64,000 bases of DNA from Comamonadaceae bacterium (GCA_027491035.1 JAIXWZ010000110.1:7427-71426), one strand, 5' to 3'; counted from the stretch's first letter, positions 1-9,053 are shown. Notes: generated by a model from the sequence alone, not told the origin. A program made the numbers and translations.

Positions 1-389
1 AGCTGGCTCAGGAAGGTGCCCCGACGCAGCGCCGCATAGACACCCATCGGAATGCCGATCACCAGCGCCAGCAAAGCCGCTGCCAGAGCCAGCTCGAGCG
101 TGGCCGGGAAACGCTCGACGATGAGCGTCGAGACTTTCGTGCCTTGCCGCAGGCTCAGGCCGAATTCGCCCTGCACCGCATTGAAGAGAAAGTGCAGATA
201 CTGCACGAAAAAGGGTTGGTCCAGACCCAGGTCGGCCCGCATCTGGCGGATCTGCTCTGCTGTGGCATCTTGCCCCAGCAGAAAGACCACTGGATCGCCT
301 ACGTACTGAAACAGCAAGAACGCGATGAACGCCACCGAGGCCATGACCACCACGGCTTGCAAGAGGCGTTGAACAATGAAAGCGAGCAT
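1..389 (-). CDS. Peptide/nickel ABC transporter permease (DppB/OppB-like), 3' end truncated by window edge
   Basis: Manual translation from ATG at 389: MLAFIVQRLLQAVVVMASVAFIAFLLFQYVGDP...LGLDQPFFVQY...GEFGLSLRQ...ERFPATLELA, the typical DppB N-terminus; lies downstream of a family 5 SBP. Confidence 0.9.
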   Translation of the reverse strand, partial: MLAFIVQRLLQAVVVMASVAFIAFLLFQYVGDPVVFLLGQDATAEQIRQMRADLGLDQPFFVQYLHFLFNAVQGEFGLSLRQGTKVSTLIVERFPATLELALAAALLALVIGIPMGVYAALRRGTFLSQ

Positions 390-414
390 GAAGGACCGCG
401 TGGGCGCGGAGAAT

Positions 415-456
415 AAAAAAACAAAACCCGGCGCCGCAGCGCGGACGCCGGGGTTG
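415..456 (-). terminator. Intrinsic terminator-like hairpin between SBP and permease genes
   Basis: Imperfect inverted repeat AACCCGGCG...CGCCGGGGTT followed on the minus strand by TTTGTTTTTTT. Confidence 0.65.
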
Positions 457-469
457 TCGTGGGAGGGTG

Positions 470-2041
470 TCAGTTCACCTGAATCAGTCGCCAGTCGAGC
501 CGGTTGTCGGCGCGGTGGACCACCTCAACGTTCTTCTTCATGGCCCAGGGGATGATCTGGTTGTGAAGCGGAATGTGCGAGACGGTGTCGTTGGACAGTT
601 GCAGGCCTTCGGTCAGCAGACGGTTGCGCACGGGCAGGTCGGTTTCGACCTTGATCCGGTCGACCACGTAGTCCATGCGTGCGTTGGTGTAGCGGCCCAC
701 GTTGTAATTGCCGTCGCCGCCCGTACCCACCGTGCGTGTGAGCGACTGCAAGCTGTAGAGCGCGTCGAAGGTGGGCACGCCCCAGCCGAGCATGTAGATG
801 CTGGCCTCAAAGCGCTGGATCATGGGGAAGTAGGTCACCAGCGGCAAGGTGCGCAGCTTGGCGCGCACACCCACCTTGGCCCACATGGCGGTGATGGCCT
901 GGCAGATTTCCTCGTCGTTGATGTAGCGGTTGTTGGGGCAGGCGAAATCGACCTCAAAGCCGTTGGGATAGCCGGCATCGGCCAGCAGCTTTTGCGCGGC
1001 GGCCACGTCGTACGGCAGGCGCTGATGGACTTTTTCGGTCCAGCCGGCCACCTGCGGCGCCACCAGGGTGCCGGTGGGCTGGCTCAGGCCGCGCATGGTC
1101 ACGCGGTTGAGGTTGGCGCTGTCGATGGACTGGTAGAGCGCCTTGCGTACGCGCAGGTCCTTGAGCGGGTTCTTGCCCTTGACGTTCGAGCCGGGCAGTT
1201 CATCGCGGTGCTGGTCCATGCCCAGGAAAATCGTGCGGTTCTCCACGCCGTCCATCACCTTGAGGTTGGCGTTGGCGCGCAGACGGGGCAGATCCTGGGG
1301 GCTGGGATCGAGCACGAAGTCGACCTCGCCGGAGAGCAGGGCGGCAATACGTGTGGCTTCGGCGCGCACTGGCGTGTAGACGATCTCGGTCACATTGGTC
1401 GGATTGTTGCCCCAGTAGTTGGGGTTGCGCACCAGGACCAGCCGCTGGTCAGGTTGCCACTCCTTGACCATGAACGGGCCGGTGCCCATGGCATTGCGGT
1501 GGGCAAAAGTCTCATCCTTGGTGCGGATGTCCTTGGGCTCCGCGGAGCGGTTCTTCTCGGCCCAGGCCTTGCTCATGATCCGCAGTTCCGTGAGCTGGTT
1601 GATCAGCACCGGATTGGGGTCCTTCATGAGGATGTCAATCGTGTTGTTGTCAACCTTGACCACGCGGTCGATGCCTTGCGTGTAGACCTGGTAGTTGGAA
1701 GTGCGGGCCATGGCCCGGGTGATCGAGAACACCACATCTTCGGCCGTCAGGGCAGAGCCGTCACTGAATTTGACACCCTGGCGCAGGGTAAAGCGCATCT
1801 GGCGAGGAGAAATCTCGCGCCAGCTGGTGGCCAGTTGCGGCTCGGCTTTGAAGGTGCGGCTGTTGTAGTAGACCAGCGCGTCATAAATCGACGCATGAAC
1901 CCCATTGCCCAGCGCATTATTTTGGGAATGAATGTCTAGCGTCGGAATGTCGCTGGCGCTGGTCCATTTGAACGTCTTGGCATGCAGGCCAGCGGCGCTC
2001 AAGGCCAAGGCTGCACAGAGGGTCACGAGTCGAAGTTTCAT
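470..2041 (-). CDS. ABC transporter substrate-binding protein, family 5 (dipeptide/oligopeptide-like)
   Basis: Signal peptide MKLRLVTLCAALALSAAGLHA; TLDIH, FTLRQGVKFSDG and GTGPF motifs; start set at ATG 2041. Confidence 0.92.
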   Translation of the reverse strand: MKLRLVTLCAALALSAAGLHAKTFKWTSASDIPTLDIHSQNNALGNGVHASIYDALVYYNSRTFKAEPQLATSWREISPRQMRFTLRQGVKFSDGSALTAEDVVFSITRAMARTSNYQVYTQGIDRVVKVDNNTIDILMKDPNPVLINQLTELRIMSKAWAEKNRSAEPKDIRTKDETFAHRNAMGTGPFMVKEWQPDQRLVLVRNPNYWGNNPTNVTEIVYTPVRAEATRIAALLSGEVDFVLDPSPQDLPRLRANANLKVMDGVENRTIFLGMDQHRDELPGSNVKGKNPLKDLRVRKALYQSIDSANLNRVTMRGLSQPTGTLVAPQVAGWTEKVHQRLPYDVAAAQKLLADAGYPNGFEVDFACPNNRYINDEEICQAITAMWAKVGVRAKLRTLPLVTYFPMIQRFEASIYMLGWGVPTFDALYSLQSLTRTVGTGGDGNYNVGRYTNARMDYVVDRIKVETDLPVRNRLLTEGLQLSNDTVSHIPLHNQIIPWAMKKNVEVVHRADNRLDWRLIQVN

Positions 2042-2158
2042 GGTGGTGTAGACAAACAAATTAAAGATACCGGATTATCCCGGGCTTTGTGCTCGGATTT
2101 CATTAGGGACTGCCCTGATTCCTTTTCGGCCAGACGGGCTGTGTCTGGGTGTCGCGTG

Positions 2159-2400
2159 ATGACGGGGCGGGGGCCGCAGTGACGGGGCGGGGGCGCGATG
2201 ACTGCCCCTCCCGTCATTGCGAGGCGCGCAGCGCCGTGGCAATCCACGTGCCTGCGCCAAGGCCGCAATGGATTGCTTCGTTCCTCGCAATGACGGGGCG
2301 GGGGCCGCAATGACGGGGCGGGGGCGCGATGACTGCCCCTCTCGTCATTGCGAGGCGCGCAGCGCCGTGGCAATCCATGTGCCTGTGTCGAGGCCGCAAT
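2159..2400. repeat. CGTC-tagged palindromic (REP/MITE-like) repeat, one full unit (2210-2297) plus a 131-bp-period partial duplicate
   Basis: 15-bp IR CCCGTCATTGCGAGG...CCTCGCAATGACGGG with inner IR GCAATCCA...TGGATTGC; GTCATTGCGAGG recurs at 2213 and 2344. Confidence 0.85.
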
Positions 2401-2414
2401 CGCGCAGGGTTTGC

Positions 2415-3329
2415 TTAGCTGCGTGGGCTGATCTGGCCGAGATCGAGTACCGCGTCGACCACGGTTTTTCCGTCTTCGGCCAGCAGCAAGATGTCGCCGT
2501 CGACTTGCACAAAGCTGTAGCCCTGCGGCGTGGGCCCCAGCGCCTCGAGCAGGCGGGCCGGCAGCGGGCGGGTTGACAGGCTGGCCGGCAGGGCCTGGCC
2601 GATCTTCCAGCTGCGCTGGGCCTGAGAGGACTCGCACCGGGCGTTTTTGAGCACCAGACCACCCGGGCAAGGCCCGTTGCCCCGGTTGGCGGTGAAGTAA
2701 TCTTGGATCGATTTGCGCAGGCCGGGATCGAAAAACTTCCCGGGTTCGGGTTTCTTGCCATCGGCCGCCGGCCTGCCCGGCGGCGTGGCCACCGGGACCG
2801 CCACCGCCACTGTCGGGGCCGCTGCGGTTGCGCCTGCAGCTTGCACCACCGCCGGCGTGCCGCCGACCACGGGTGCCGGCCGTGGGGCCAGGTCGCCGGC
2901 GCGCACGGTTTCGCTGGCGGCCGGCCTGGGCGGGGCGCTGAACAACTGGGCCAGCTGCTCGGGCTTGTTGCGCAGCCTGGCCTCCAGCGCGCCTTCAATT
3001 TGGCTGGTCAGCTGCATCGAGTCGGCATTTCCGAGCCAGTTGCTGCGATTGGCATGGATGATGCGCAGCTGCTCTTCGGAGCAGCCGGCCAGGTTGCGGC
3101 GCAGCCATTCGGCCGCCTTGGTGCCGCGCTCTTTGAGGTCGTGCGTGCCAAGCGCCATGGCTCTGAATTCGCTGACCAGGCAATTGGGCGCGGCTGCTGG
3201 CCTCGCGGGCGCATTGGCTTGAGCATTGGCCGGTGCACGGCCAGGCGCCGGATTGGCGGGCGCATTTTGCGCTTGGACGCCGAGGGCGGTCAGCAGCCCG
3301 AAAGCCAGGGACAGGAGGGATTTGGGCAT
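2415..3329 (-). CDS. Secreted hypothetical protein with C-terminal RcnB-like domain
   Basis: Signal peptide; Ala/Pro-rich linker; C-terminus CPGGLVLKNARC...WKIGQALP...GYSFVQVDGDILLL resembles RcnB-family proteins. Confidence 0.6.
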   Translation of the reverse strand: MPKSLLSLAFGLLTALGVQAQNAPANPAPGRAPANAQANAPARPAAAPNCLVSEFRAMALGTHDLKERGTKAAEWLRRNLAGCSEEQLRIIHANRSNWLGNADSMQLTSQIEGALEARLRNKPEQLAQLFSAPPRPAASETVRAGDLAPRPAPVVGGTPAVVQAAGATAAAPTVAVAVPVATPPGRPAADGKKPEPGKFFDPGLRKSIQDYFTANRGNGPCPGGLVLKNARCESSQAQRSWKIGQALPASLSTRPLPARLLEALGPTPQGYSFVQVDGDILLLAEDGKTVVDAVLDLGQISPRS

Positions 3330-3462
3330 GGGGGGTCCGAGCATCTTTGGGCCTGTACGGACCAGGCCTTGAAAAAAGATTATCGGCGGCAGGCCGACGC
3401 ACTTGAGCTTGGCGCCTTCGCCCCCGCTGCGCCTTGTCCGCCCACGGCGGCGCTGCGCGAGC

Positions 3463-4440
3463 TCAGACGCTGTCGACTTTGATGCCCTGGCTGGCCACCA
3501 CTTTTTGCCAGTCGCTGAAGTCCTGACTCAGAAAGCCGGTCAAGGCCGCAGCGCCGAGTGCCGCCGGCTCCAGCGCATCGGTCTTGAAGCGGGCCTGGAC
3601 ATCGGGCATGGACAGCACCCGCGGCAGCGCGGCGTTGATGCGATCGGTCACCTCAGCCGGTGTGCCGCGTGGGGCCACCAAACCGAAGTAGTTGCTCACA
3701 TCAAAGCCCGCAAAGCCCAACTCGGCCATGCTCGGAACATCGGGCAACGCCGGGGTGCGGCGCGAGGTGGTGACGGCCAGCGCTTTGATGCGGCCGTCGC
3801 GCACAAAGGGGGCCAGCGCGGGGATGGTGCCGGTGACCAGATCGAGCTGTCCGGCCACCATTTCCAAAGTGGCCGGTGCGATGCCGCGGTAGGGGATGTG
3901 GGCGATCGACACGCCGGTGCGCGCCTTCAGGCTCTCGAGCACCAGGTGGTTGATGCCGCCGGCACCCGCCGATCCGTAGTTGAGTTGGCCCGGGCGGCTG
4001 CGCGCGTACTCGACGAGTTCGCGCAGGTTGCTCACCGGGAGGTCTTTTTTGCAAGCCCACAGCAAGGGGCCCTGCGCGACCATGCTCACCGGCGTGAAGC
4101 CGCGCACCGGGTCGTAGCCAGCCTGGGGCAGGACGGCTGCCACGGTGGTGAAGGGCGCTGCAATGAGCAGCAGGCTGTAGCCGTCGGGCGCGCTTTGTGC
4201 CACATGCTGCGCGCCGATCGCGCCGGAGGCCCCGGCTCTGTTCTCAACCACAAAGCTGGCACCGAGCACCTCGCCGAGCTTTTGCGCGAGCAGCCGACCC
4301 ATGGCATCGGTGCCGGCGCCCGGCGCAAACGGCACGACGATACGCACCGGCCGCTGCGGCCAAGAGGCATGGGCTGCCAGCGGCAGCAAGGTGGCGGCGG
4401 TCAGGCCGAGGGCACGGCGGCGGTTAATCAGGACGGTCAT
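3463..4440 (-). CDS. Tripartite tricarboxylate transporter receptor (Bug/TctC family)
   Basis: PVRIVVPFAPGAGTD, VVENRAGASGAIG, PDGYSLL, HIPYRG, TPALPDVP motifs; RR-type leader; start at ATG 4440. Confidence 0.93.
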   Translation of the reverse strand: MTVLINRRRALGLTAATLLPLAAHASWPQRPVRIVVPFAPGAGTDAMGRLLAQKLGEVLGASFVVENRAGASGAIGAQHVAQSAPDGYSLLLIAAPFTTVAAVLPQAGYDPVRGFTPVSMVAQGPLLWACKKDLPVSNLRELVEYARSRPGQLNYGSAGAGGINHLVLESLKARTGVSIAHIPYRGIAPATLEMVAGQLDLVTGTIPALAPFVRDGRIKALAVTTSRRTPALPDVPSMAELGFAGFDVSNYFGLVAPRGTPAEVTDRINAALPRVLSMPDVQARFKTDALEPAALGAAALTGFLSQDFSDWQKVVASQGIKVDSV

Positions 4441-4587
4441 GGATGGGTCTGAGGGTAGTGAACGGTTGCGCCGGGCATCATGCCCGATATGGCGAAGAAT
4501 TATGTGAATTATTTGTGACACTGCCGAGCTTCGGCCCCAACCGACGTGGCTTTGCATCGGCCATGGGTGGCCAGGCCTGGCGGCGGC

Positions 4588-5796
4588 TCACTTGGTCAGC
4601 AGCCGCATCGCGTCTTCGAGGCCGCGCAGCGTCAGCGGGTACATGCGCTGGTTCATCAGTTGCTGCACAACCGCGATGCTTTGCCGGTACTGCCAGACGC
4701 CTTGGGGCTCGGGGTTGATCCAGGCGAACTTGGGGAAGGCGCTGGTGAGCCGCGAAATCCACTGTGCCCCGGCCTCTTCGTTGTTGTATTCGACACTGCC
4801 GCCGGGCTGCAGGATCTCATAGGGGCTCATGGTGGCGTCGCCGACGAAGATGAGCTTGTAGTCCTTGTTGTACTTGCGGATGATGTCCCAGGTCGGAAAC
4901 TTCTCGGCAAAGCGGCGTCGGTTGTTCTTCCACATGAAGTCGTAGACGCAGTTGTGGAAGTAGTAAAACTCCAGGTGCTTGAACTCGGCCTTGGCCGCCG
5001 AGAACAGCTCCTCGACGCGGGCGATGTGCTCGTCCATCGTGCCGCCCACATCCATGAGCAGCAGCACTTTGACGTTGTTGTGGCGCTCGGGCATCATCTT
5101 GATGTCCAGGTAGCCGGCATTGGCTGCGGTCGAGCGGATGGTGTCATCGAGGTCGAGCTCTTCCTGGCTGCCTTCGCGGGCAAACTTGCGCAAGCGCCGC
5201 AGCGCCACCTTGATGTTGCGCGTGCCCAGCTCTTGGGTGTCGTCGTAGTCCTTGTAGGCGCGCTGGTCCCACACCTTAACGGCCGATCGGTTGCGCCCCT
5301 TTTCCTGGCCGATGCGTATGCCCTGCGGGTTGTAGCCGTTGGCGCCAAAGGGGGAGGTGCCGCCGGTGCCAATCCACTTGCTGCCCCCTTCGTGCCGCTC
5401 TTTCTGCTCTTCGAAGCGTTTCTTGAGCGTCTCCATGAGCTCGTCCCAGCCCATTTTCTCGATCTTGGCTTTTTCTTCGGGGCTCAGCTGCAGCTCCAGG
5501 TTCTTGCGCAGCCACTCCAAGGGAATGTCCTTGGTGAAGTCGGCCACCATCTCCACGCCTTTGAAGTAGGCCCCGAAGGCGCGGTCGAACTTGTCGTAGT
5601 GCTTCTCGTCCTTGACCATGACGGCGCGGCTGAGAAAGTAGAAGTCGTCGATCTTCCAGGCGCCCTCGCCGTCCATCTGGGCATCGCTCTTGGGGCCGAC
5701 CACGCCGGCCTGCAAGGCTTCGAGCAGGCTCAGCAGTTCGTGCACCGACACCGGCAGCTTGGCCGAGCGCAGGGTGTAGAAAAAATCGATCAGCAT
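4588..5796 (-). CDS. VWA domain protein (CoxE-like partner of MoxR ATPase)
   Basis: MIDAS-like LLMDVGGTM, IFVGDATMSPYE; ELDLDDTIRSTA; same operon as MoxR. Confidence 0.85.
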   Translation of the reverse strand: MLIDFFYTLRSAKLPVSVHELLSLLEALQAGVVGPKSDAQMDGEGAWKIDDFYFLSRAVMVKDEKHYDKFDRAFGAYFKGVEMVADFTKDIPLEWLRKNLELQLSPEEKAKIEKMGWDELMETLKKRFEEQKERHEGGSKWIGTGGTSPFGANGYNPQGIRIGQEKGRNRSAVKVWDQRAYKDYDDTQELGTRNIKVALRRLRKFAREGSQEELDLDDTIRSTAANAGYLDIKMMPERHNNVKVLLLMDVGGTMDEHIARVEELFSAAKAEFKHLEFYYFHNCVYDFMWKNNRRRFAEKFPTWDIIRKYNKDYKLIFVGDATMSPYEILQPGGSVEYNNEEAGAQWISRLTSAFPKFAWINPEPQGVWQYRQSIAVVQQLMNQRMYPLTLRGLEDAMRLLTK

Positions 5797-6401
5797 GCGG
5801 CGCTCCTGCGGTCTGCCTGCGCGAGCAAGTCGAACAGGTGGGTCTTCACCTCGGGCCACTCGCCCTGAGTCAAGCTGTACATCACGGTGTCGCGCACCGT
5901 GCCGTCGCGGCGCAGCGCGTTGCCCCGGATCACCCCGTCCTTGCGCGCGCCCAGGCGCTCGATGCCGCGCTGCGAGCGCCAGTTGAAGTTGTCGGTGCGC
6001 CAGCCCACCGTCAGGCAGCCCAGGGTTTCAAACGCATGGGTGAGCAAGAGCAGCTTGCAGGTGGTGTTGACGTGGGTGCGCTGCCAGCGCTGCGCATACC
6101 AGGTGTAGCCAATCTCCAGCCGGCGCACCGCCGGGAAGATGTCGTGGTAGCTGGTGCTGCCTATGACTTGCCCGCTGGCCTGGTCGACCACGGCAAAAGG
6201 CAGGCGGCTGCCGGCCGCTTGCAGGGCCAGGGCATCGGCGATGTAGCGCGCGGTTTGGCCGGGCTCGGGCACCGAGGTCACGCGCAACTCCCACAGCCGG
6301 CCATCGGCGGCGGCCGCTGCCAGGGCGGCCTCGTCGCCGGCCAGCAGCGGGCGCAGCAACACGCCGCGTGCTGCCAACTGGATCGGTGCCGCAAAAGTCA
6401 T
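5790..6401 (-). CDS. GNAT family N-acetyltransferase (RimJ/RimL-like)
   Basis: LEIGYTWYAQRWQRTHVNT, NWRSQRGIERLGARKDG motifs. Confidence 0.88.
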   Translation of the reverse strand: MTFAAPIQLAARGVLLRPLLAGDEAALAAAAADGRLWELRVTSVPEPGQTARYIADALALQAAGSRLPFAVVDQASGQVIGSTSYHDIFPAVRRLEIGYTWYAQRWQRTHVNTTCKLLLLTHAFETLGCLTVGWRTDNFNWRSQRGIERLGARKDGVIRGNALRRDGTVRDTVMYSLTQGEWPEVKTHLFDLLAQADRRSAAC

Positions 6402-6404
6402 GGC

Positions 6405-6650
6405 TCAGGGTTGCACAGGAGGGTCTTCATCGCTGTGCGATCGCCTGTCGCGCCAGTTGCGAGCGAGCCTGCGGCCCATGCCGGCGCCCAGACCCACCAG
6501 CACGATGCCGCCCAGGGAGGCCACACCGTAGCCGGGTTCAAACACATCGAGCCCGATCAGCTGGCCGAGCCAAAAGCCCAGCAAGGCCCCAACCACGAAA
6601 CCGATGGCGTCGCTGATGCCTTCTTGCCAGAGTCTGCCGTGGCTTTGCAT
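6405..6650 (-). CDS. Small two-TM hypothetical membrane protein
   Basis: 81 aa with two Gly-rich hydrophobic segments; fills the gap between MoxR and GNAT in the same orientation. Confidence 0.7.
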   Translation of the reverse strand: MQSHGRLWQEGISDAIGFVVGALLGFWLGQLIGLDVFEPGYGVASLGGIVLVGLGAGMGRRLARNWRDRRSHSDEDPPVQP

Positions 6651-6681
6651 GGCTTGCGTTACAGGGGCGGGCCCAGCGGCT

Positions 6682-7533
6682 TTAGCGGTTGCGCTGGTTC
6701 ATGAAGACCAGCTTTTCAAACAGGCTGACATCCTGTTCATTCTTGAGCAGCGCGCCCACCAAAGGGGGCACCGCCACTTTGTCGTCCTTGCTGTGCAGGG
6801 CTTCGGCGGGCATGTCTTCGGCCACCAGCAATTTGAGCCAGTCCAGCAACTCGGAGGTGGAAGGCTTTTTCTTCAGGCCCGGCAGGTTGCGCACGTCGTA
6901 GAAGGTCTTCATCGCCGCAGCCAGCAGTTCTTGCTTGAGGCCGGGGAAGTGGACGCCGACGATCTTTTTCATGGTCTCGGCGTCGGGGAACTTGATGTAG
7001 TGGAAAAAGCAGCGGCGCAAGAAGGCATCGGGCAGCTCTTTTTCGTTGTTGGAGGTGATGAACACCAGTGGCCGGTGGCGGGCGCGTATGAGCTCGCGCG
7101 TCTCGTAGACGTAGAACTCCATGCGGTCGATCTCGCGCAGCAGGTCGTTCGGAAACTCGATGTCGGCCTTGTCGATCTCGTCGATCAGCAGGGCCACCGG
7201 CTGCTCGGCGGTGAAGGCTTGCCACAGCACGCCCTTGACGATGTAGTTGTGGATGTCCTTGACCTTCTCGTCGCCCAGTTGCGAGTCGCGCAGGCGCGAG
7301 ACGGCGTCGTACTCGTACAGGCCTTGCTGGGCTTTGGTGGTCGACTTGATGTGCCACTGCAGCAGCGGCATGTTCAGGGCTGCGGCCACCTCTTCGGCCA
7401 GCATGGTTTTGCCGGTGCCCGGCTCGCCTTTGACGAGCAGCGGTTTTTTCAGGGTGGCCGCCGCATTGACCGCCAGCATCAGGTCGTCGGTGGCGATGTA
7501 GTGTTCAGAGCCTTTGAATTTCATGGTGGACAT
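6682..7533 (-). CDS. MoxR family AAA+ ATPase
   Basis: Walker A GEPGTGKT, Walker B LLIDEIDKAD, ITSNNEKELPDAFLRRC. Confidence 0.93.
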   Translation of the reverse strand: MSTMKFKGSEHYIATDDLMLAVNAAATLKKPLLVKGEPGTGKTMLAEEVAAALNMPLLQWHIKSTTKAQQGLYEYDAVSRLRDSQLGDEKVKDIHNYIVKGVLWQAFTAEQPVALLIDEIDKADIEFPNDLLREIDRMEFYVYETRELIRARHRPLVFITSNNEKELPDAFLRRCFFHYIKFPDAETMKKIVGVHFPGLKQELLAAAMKTFYDVRNLPGLKKKPSTSELLDWLKLLVAEDMPAEALHSKDDKVAVPPLVGALLKNEQDVSLFEKLVFMNQRNR

Positions 7534-7662
7534 CAGGGTCGTGTTGATGGCGCCGGCATTCGCACATGCGGTCCTTGCTGTCAGCAGGGGTTCAGGTTTG
7601 CCTCAAGGCGCTGGCTATAATTCGCGAGTTTTTTCAGTCGACCACCGGATTGTGCGCTCAAA

Positions 7663-8328
7663 ATGATGAAGCTGATCTCCATGTTTTTCACCGCGATTGT
7701 CTCTCTCGGGACGACTGCGGTTTACGCCCAGGATATCAAGGGCGACGCCAAGGCCGGTGAGGGCATTGCTGCCATGTGCATTGGCTGTCACGGCATCAAG
7801 GGCTATCAGGCCAGCTTCCCCGAGGTCTACCGGGTGCCCATGATCTCCGGTCAGAGCGCCAAGTACATCGTCGCCGCGCTCACCGCCTACCAAAAAGGCG
7901 AGCGCCGCCACCCCACCATGCGCGGTATTTCGGAGTCCCTGACCGAGCAAAACATGGCCGATCTGGCCGCCTACTACAGCCAGCACGGCCTGCCCGGCGG
8001 CCAATCGGTCGCACCCAAGGACGTCAAGCCAGCCAGCGCCCAGGCCACTGCCTTGCTCAACAAGGCCAATTGCGCCTCTTGCCACGGCGCCAACTACAGC
8101 ACACCGATCGACCCGTCTTACCCCAAACTCGCGGGCCAGCACGCCGATTATTTGTTTGTCGCACTCAAGGCCTACAAAAACGACGCCAACCAGGTGGTCG
8201 GTCGCAACAACGCCATCATGGCGGGCTTTGCCAAGCAGTACACCAACGCCGAACTCAAGCAGATCGCCAATTACCTGGCTTCGCTGCCCGGCGACATGAA
8301 GGTCGTGCCGCAAAGCCGCTTTCGCTAA
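7663..8328 (+). CDS. Diheme cytochrome c4 (c553-type)
   Basis: Signal peptide, two CxxCH motifs (CIGCH, CASCH), YPKLAGQ. Confidence 0.92.
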   Translation: MMKLISMFFTAIVSLGTTAVYAQDIKGDAKAGEGIAAMCIGCHGIKGYQASFPEVYRVPMISGQSAKYIVAALTAYQKGERRHPTMRGISESLTEQNMADLAAYYSQHGLPGGQSVAPKDVKPASAQATALLNKANCASCHGANYSTPIDPSYPKLAGQHADYLFVALKAYKNDANQVVGRNNAIMAGFAKQYTNAELKQIANYLASLPGDMKVVPQSRFR

Positions 8329-8343
8329 AGCGCTGCAGCTTAG

Positions 8344-8372
8344 AAAAAAAGCCGCCCTTGGGCGGCTTTTTT
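8344..8372. terminator. Bidirectional intrinsic terminator
   Basis: AAAAAAAGCCGCCC-TTG-GGCGGCTTTTTT between convergent genes. Confidence 0.9.
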
Positions 8373-8383
8373 ATCTCTCGGGC

Positions 8384-8818
8384 TCAGTCCCGGGTGGCGC
8401 GGCGCTGCACGCAGTCAAGATAAGCCGGTCCGTCGGGCGGCCGATTCGAGCGCTGGCTCTCCCAGATCATGCGGCCCAGGCAGTCCATCGCCTCATGATG
8501 CGCCTCATGCAAGGACTGGCGCCGCACCGTCAGCAACTCAAGGGCCTGGCGGATGCCGCGCGGCTGGTCGATTGAGCACTGCTCGCTGATCGACAAGTGC
8601 ATGGACAGATGTAAAAACGGGTTGCTGCGCCCGTCTTCCACCTCGTACATGCGCGAGAGCGCCTGCTCGGCATCGGCCAGTTCGGCGTGGTACTCGGGAT
8701 GCTCGGCAATCCACTGACCGGCCAGGGTTTCAAGCGCAGTCATCGGCTCGCCCGCCAGTGACTTGGCATGGACCGCGCAAAAGAATTTGCGCACATCGGC
8801 TTGGGAGGGGGTGAACAT
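8384..8818 (-). CDS. DUF1841 family protein
   Basis: MFTPSQADVRKFFC...HPEYH...NPFLHLSMHLSISEQ...HEAHHEAMDCLG, His-rich pattern of this family. Confidence 0.85.
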   Translation of the reverse strand: MFTPSQADVRKFFCAVHAKSLAGEPMTALETLAGQWIAEHPEYHAELADAEQALSRMYEVEDGRSNPFLHLSMHLSISEQCSIDQPRGIRQALELLTVRRQSLHEAHHEAMDCLGRMIWESQRSNRPPDGPAYLDCVQRRATRD

Positions 8819-8821
8819 GGT

Positions 8822-8908
8822 GCGAGCCTAAACGAGGTTCAGCGAGCTTAAACGAACTTGCGCGAGCTTTGATGAGCTTGAGTTGGGCTTGAGTTGGACT
8901 TGAGTCGG
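8822..8908. repeat. Degenerate short tandem repeats (three ~20-bp units, then ~11-bp CTTGAGT-based units)
   Basis: GCGAGCCTAAACGAGGTTCA / GCGAGCTTAAACGAACTTGC / GCGAGCTTTGATGAGCTTGA, then CTTGAGTTGGG/CTTGAGTTGGA/CTTGAGTCGGG. Confidence 0.55.
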
Positions 8909-9053
8909 GCCCGGTGCCCAGCCGCCAGCAGCGACTGGGCACGAGACTAGAATTTAACCTGTCATCCACCGTCGGCGTGCAAGCAGTCCAAGGGGTCGAG
9001 TCGGCGACCGCTTTGGCAGGTGTTGGCTGCTGTTTATCGAAAGATCCCATTTC

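Noticed and set aside
467-1939. 490-aa plus-strand ORF
   Set aside because: Antisense shadow of the family 5 SBP; no motifs; typical of high-GC codon bias
2159-2400. Possible CRISPR array (repeat plus variable core)
   Set aside because: Only 1.5 units per locus, nested long IRs, dispersed copies and no cas genes; fits a REP-like element
2038-2670. Short ORFs such as MRGTKQS/MDCHGAARLAMT around the repeat (also 19749-20018, 55185-55470)
   Set aside because: Translations of the palindromic repeat itself, not genes
4546-5868. 440-aa plus-strand ORF
   Set aside because: Antisense shadow of the VWA gene
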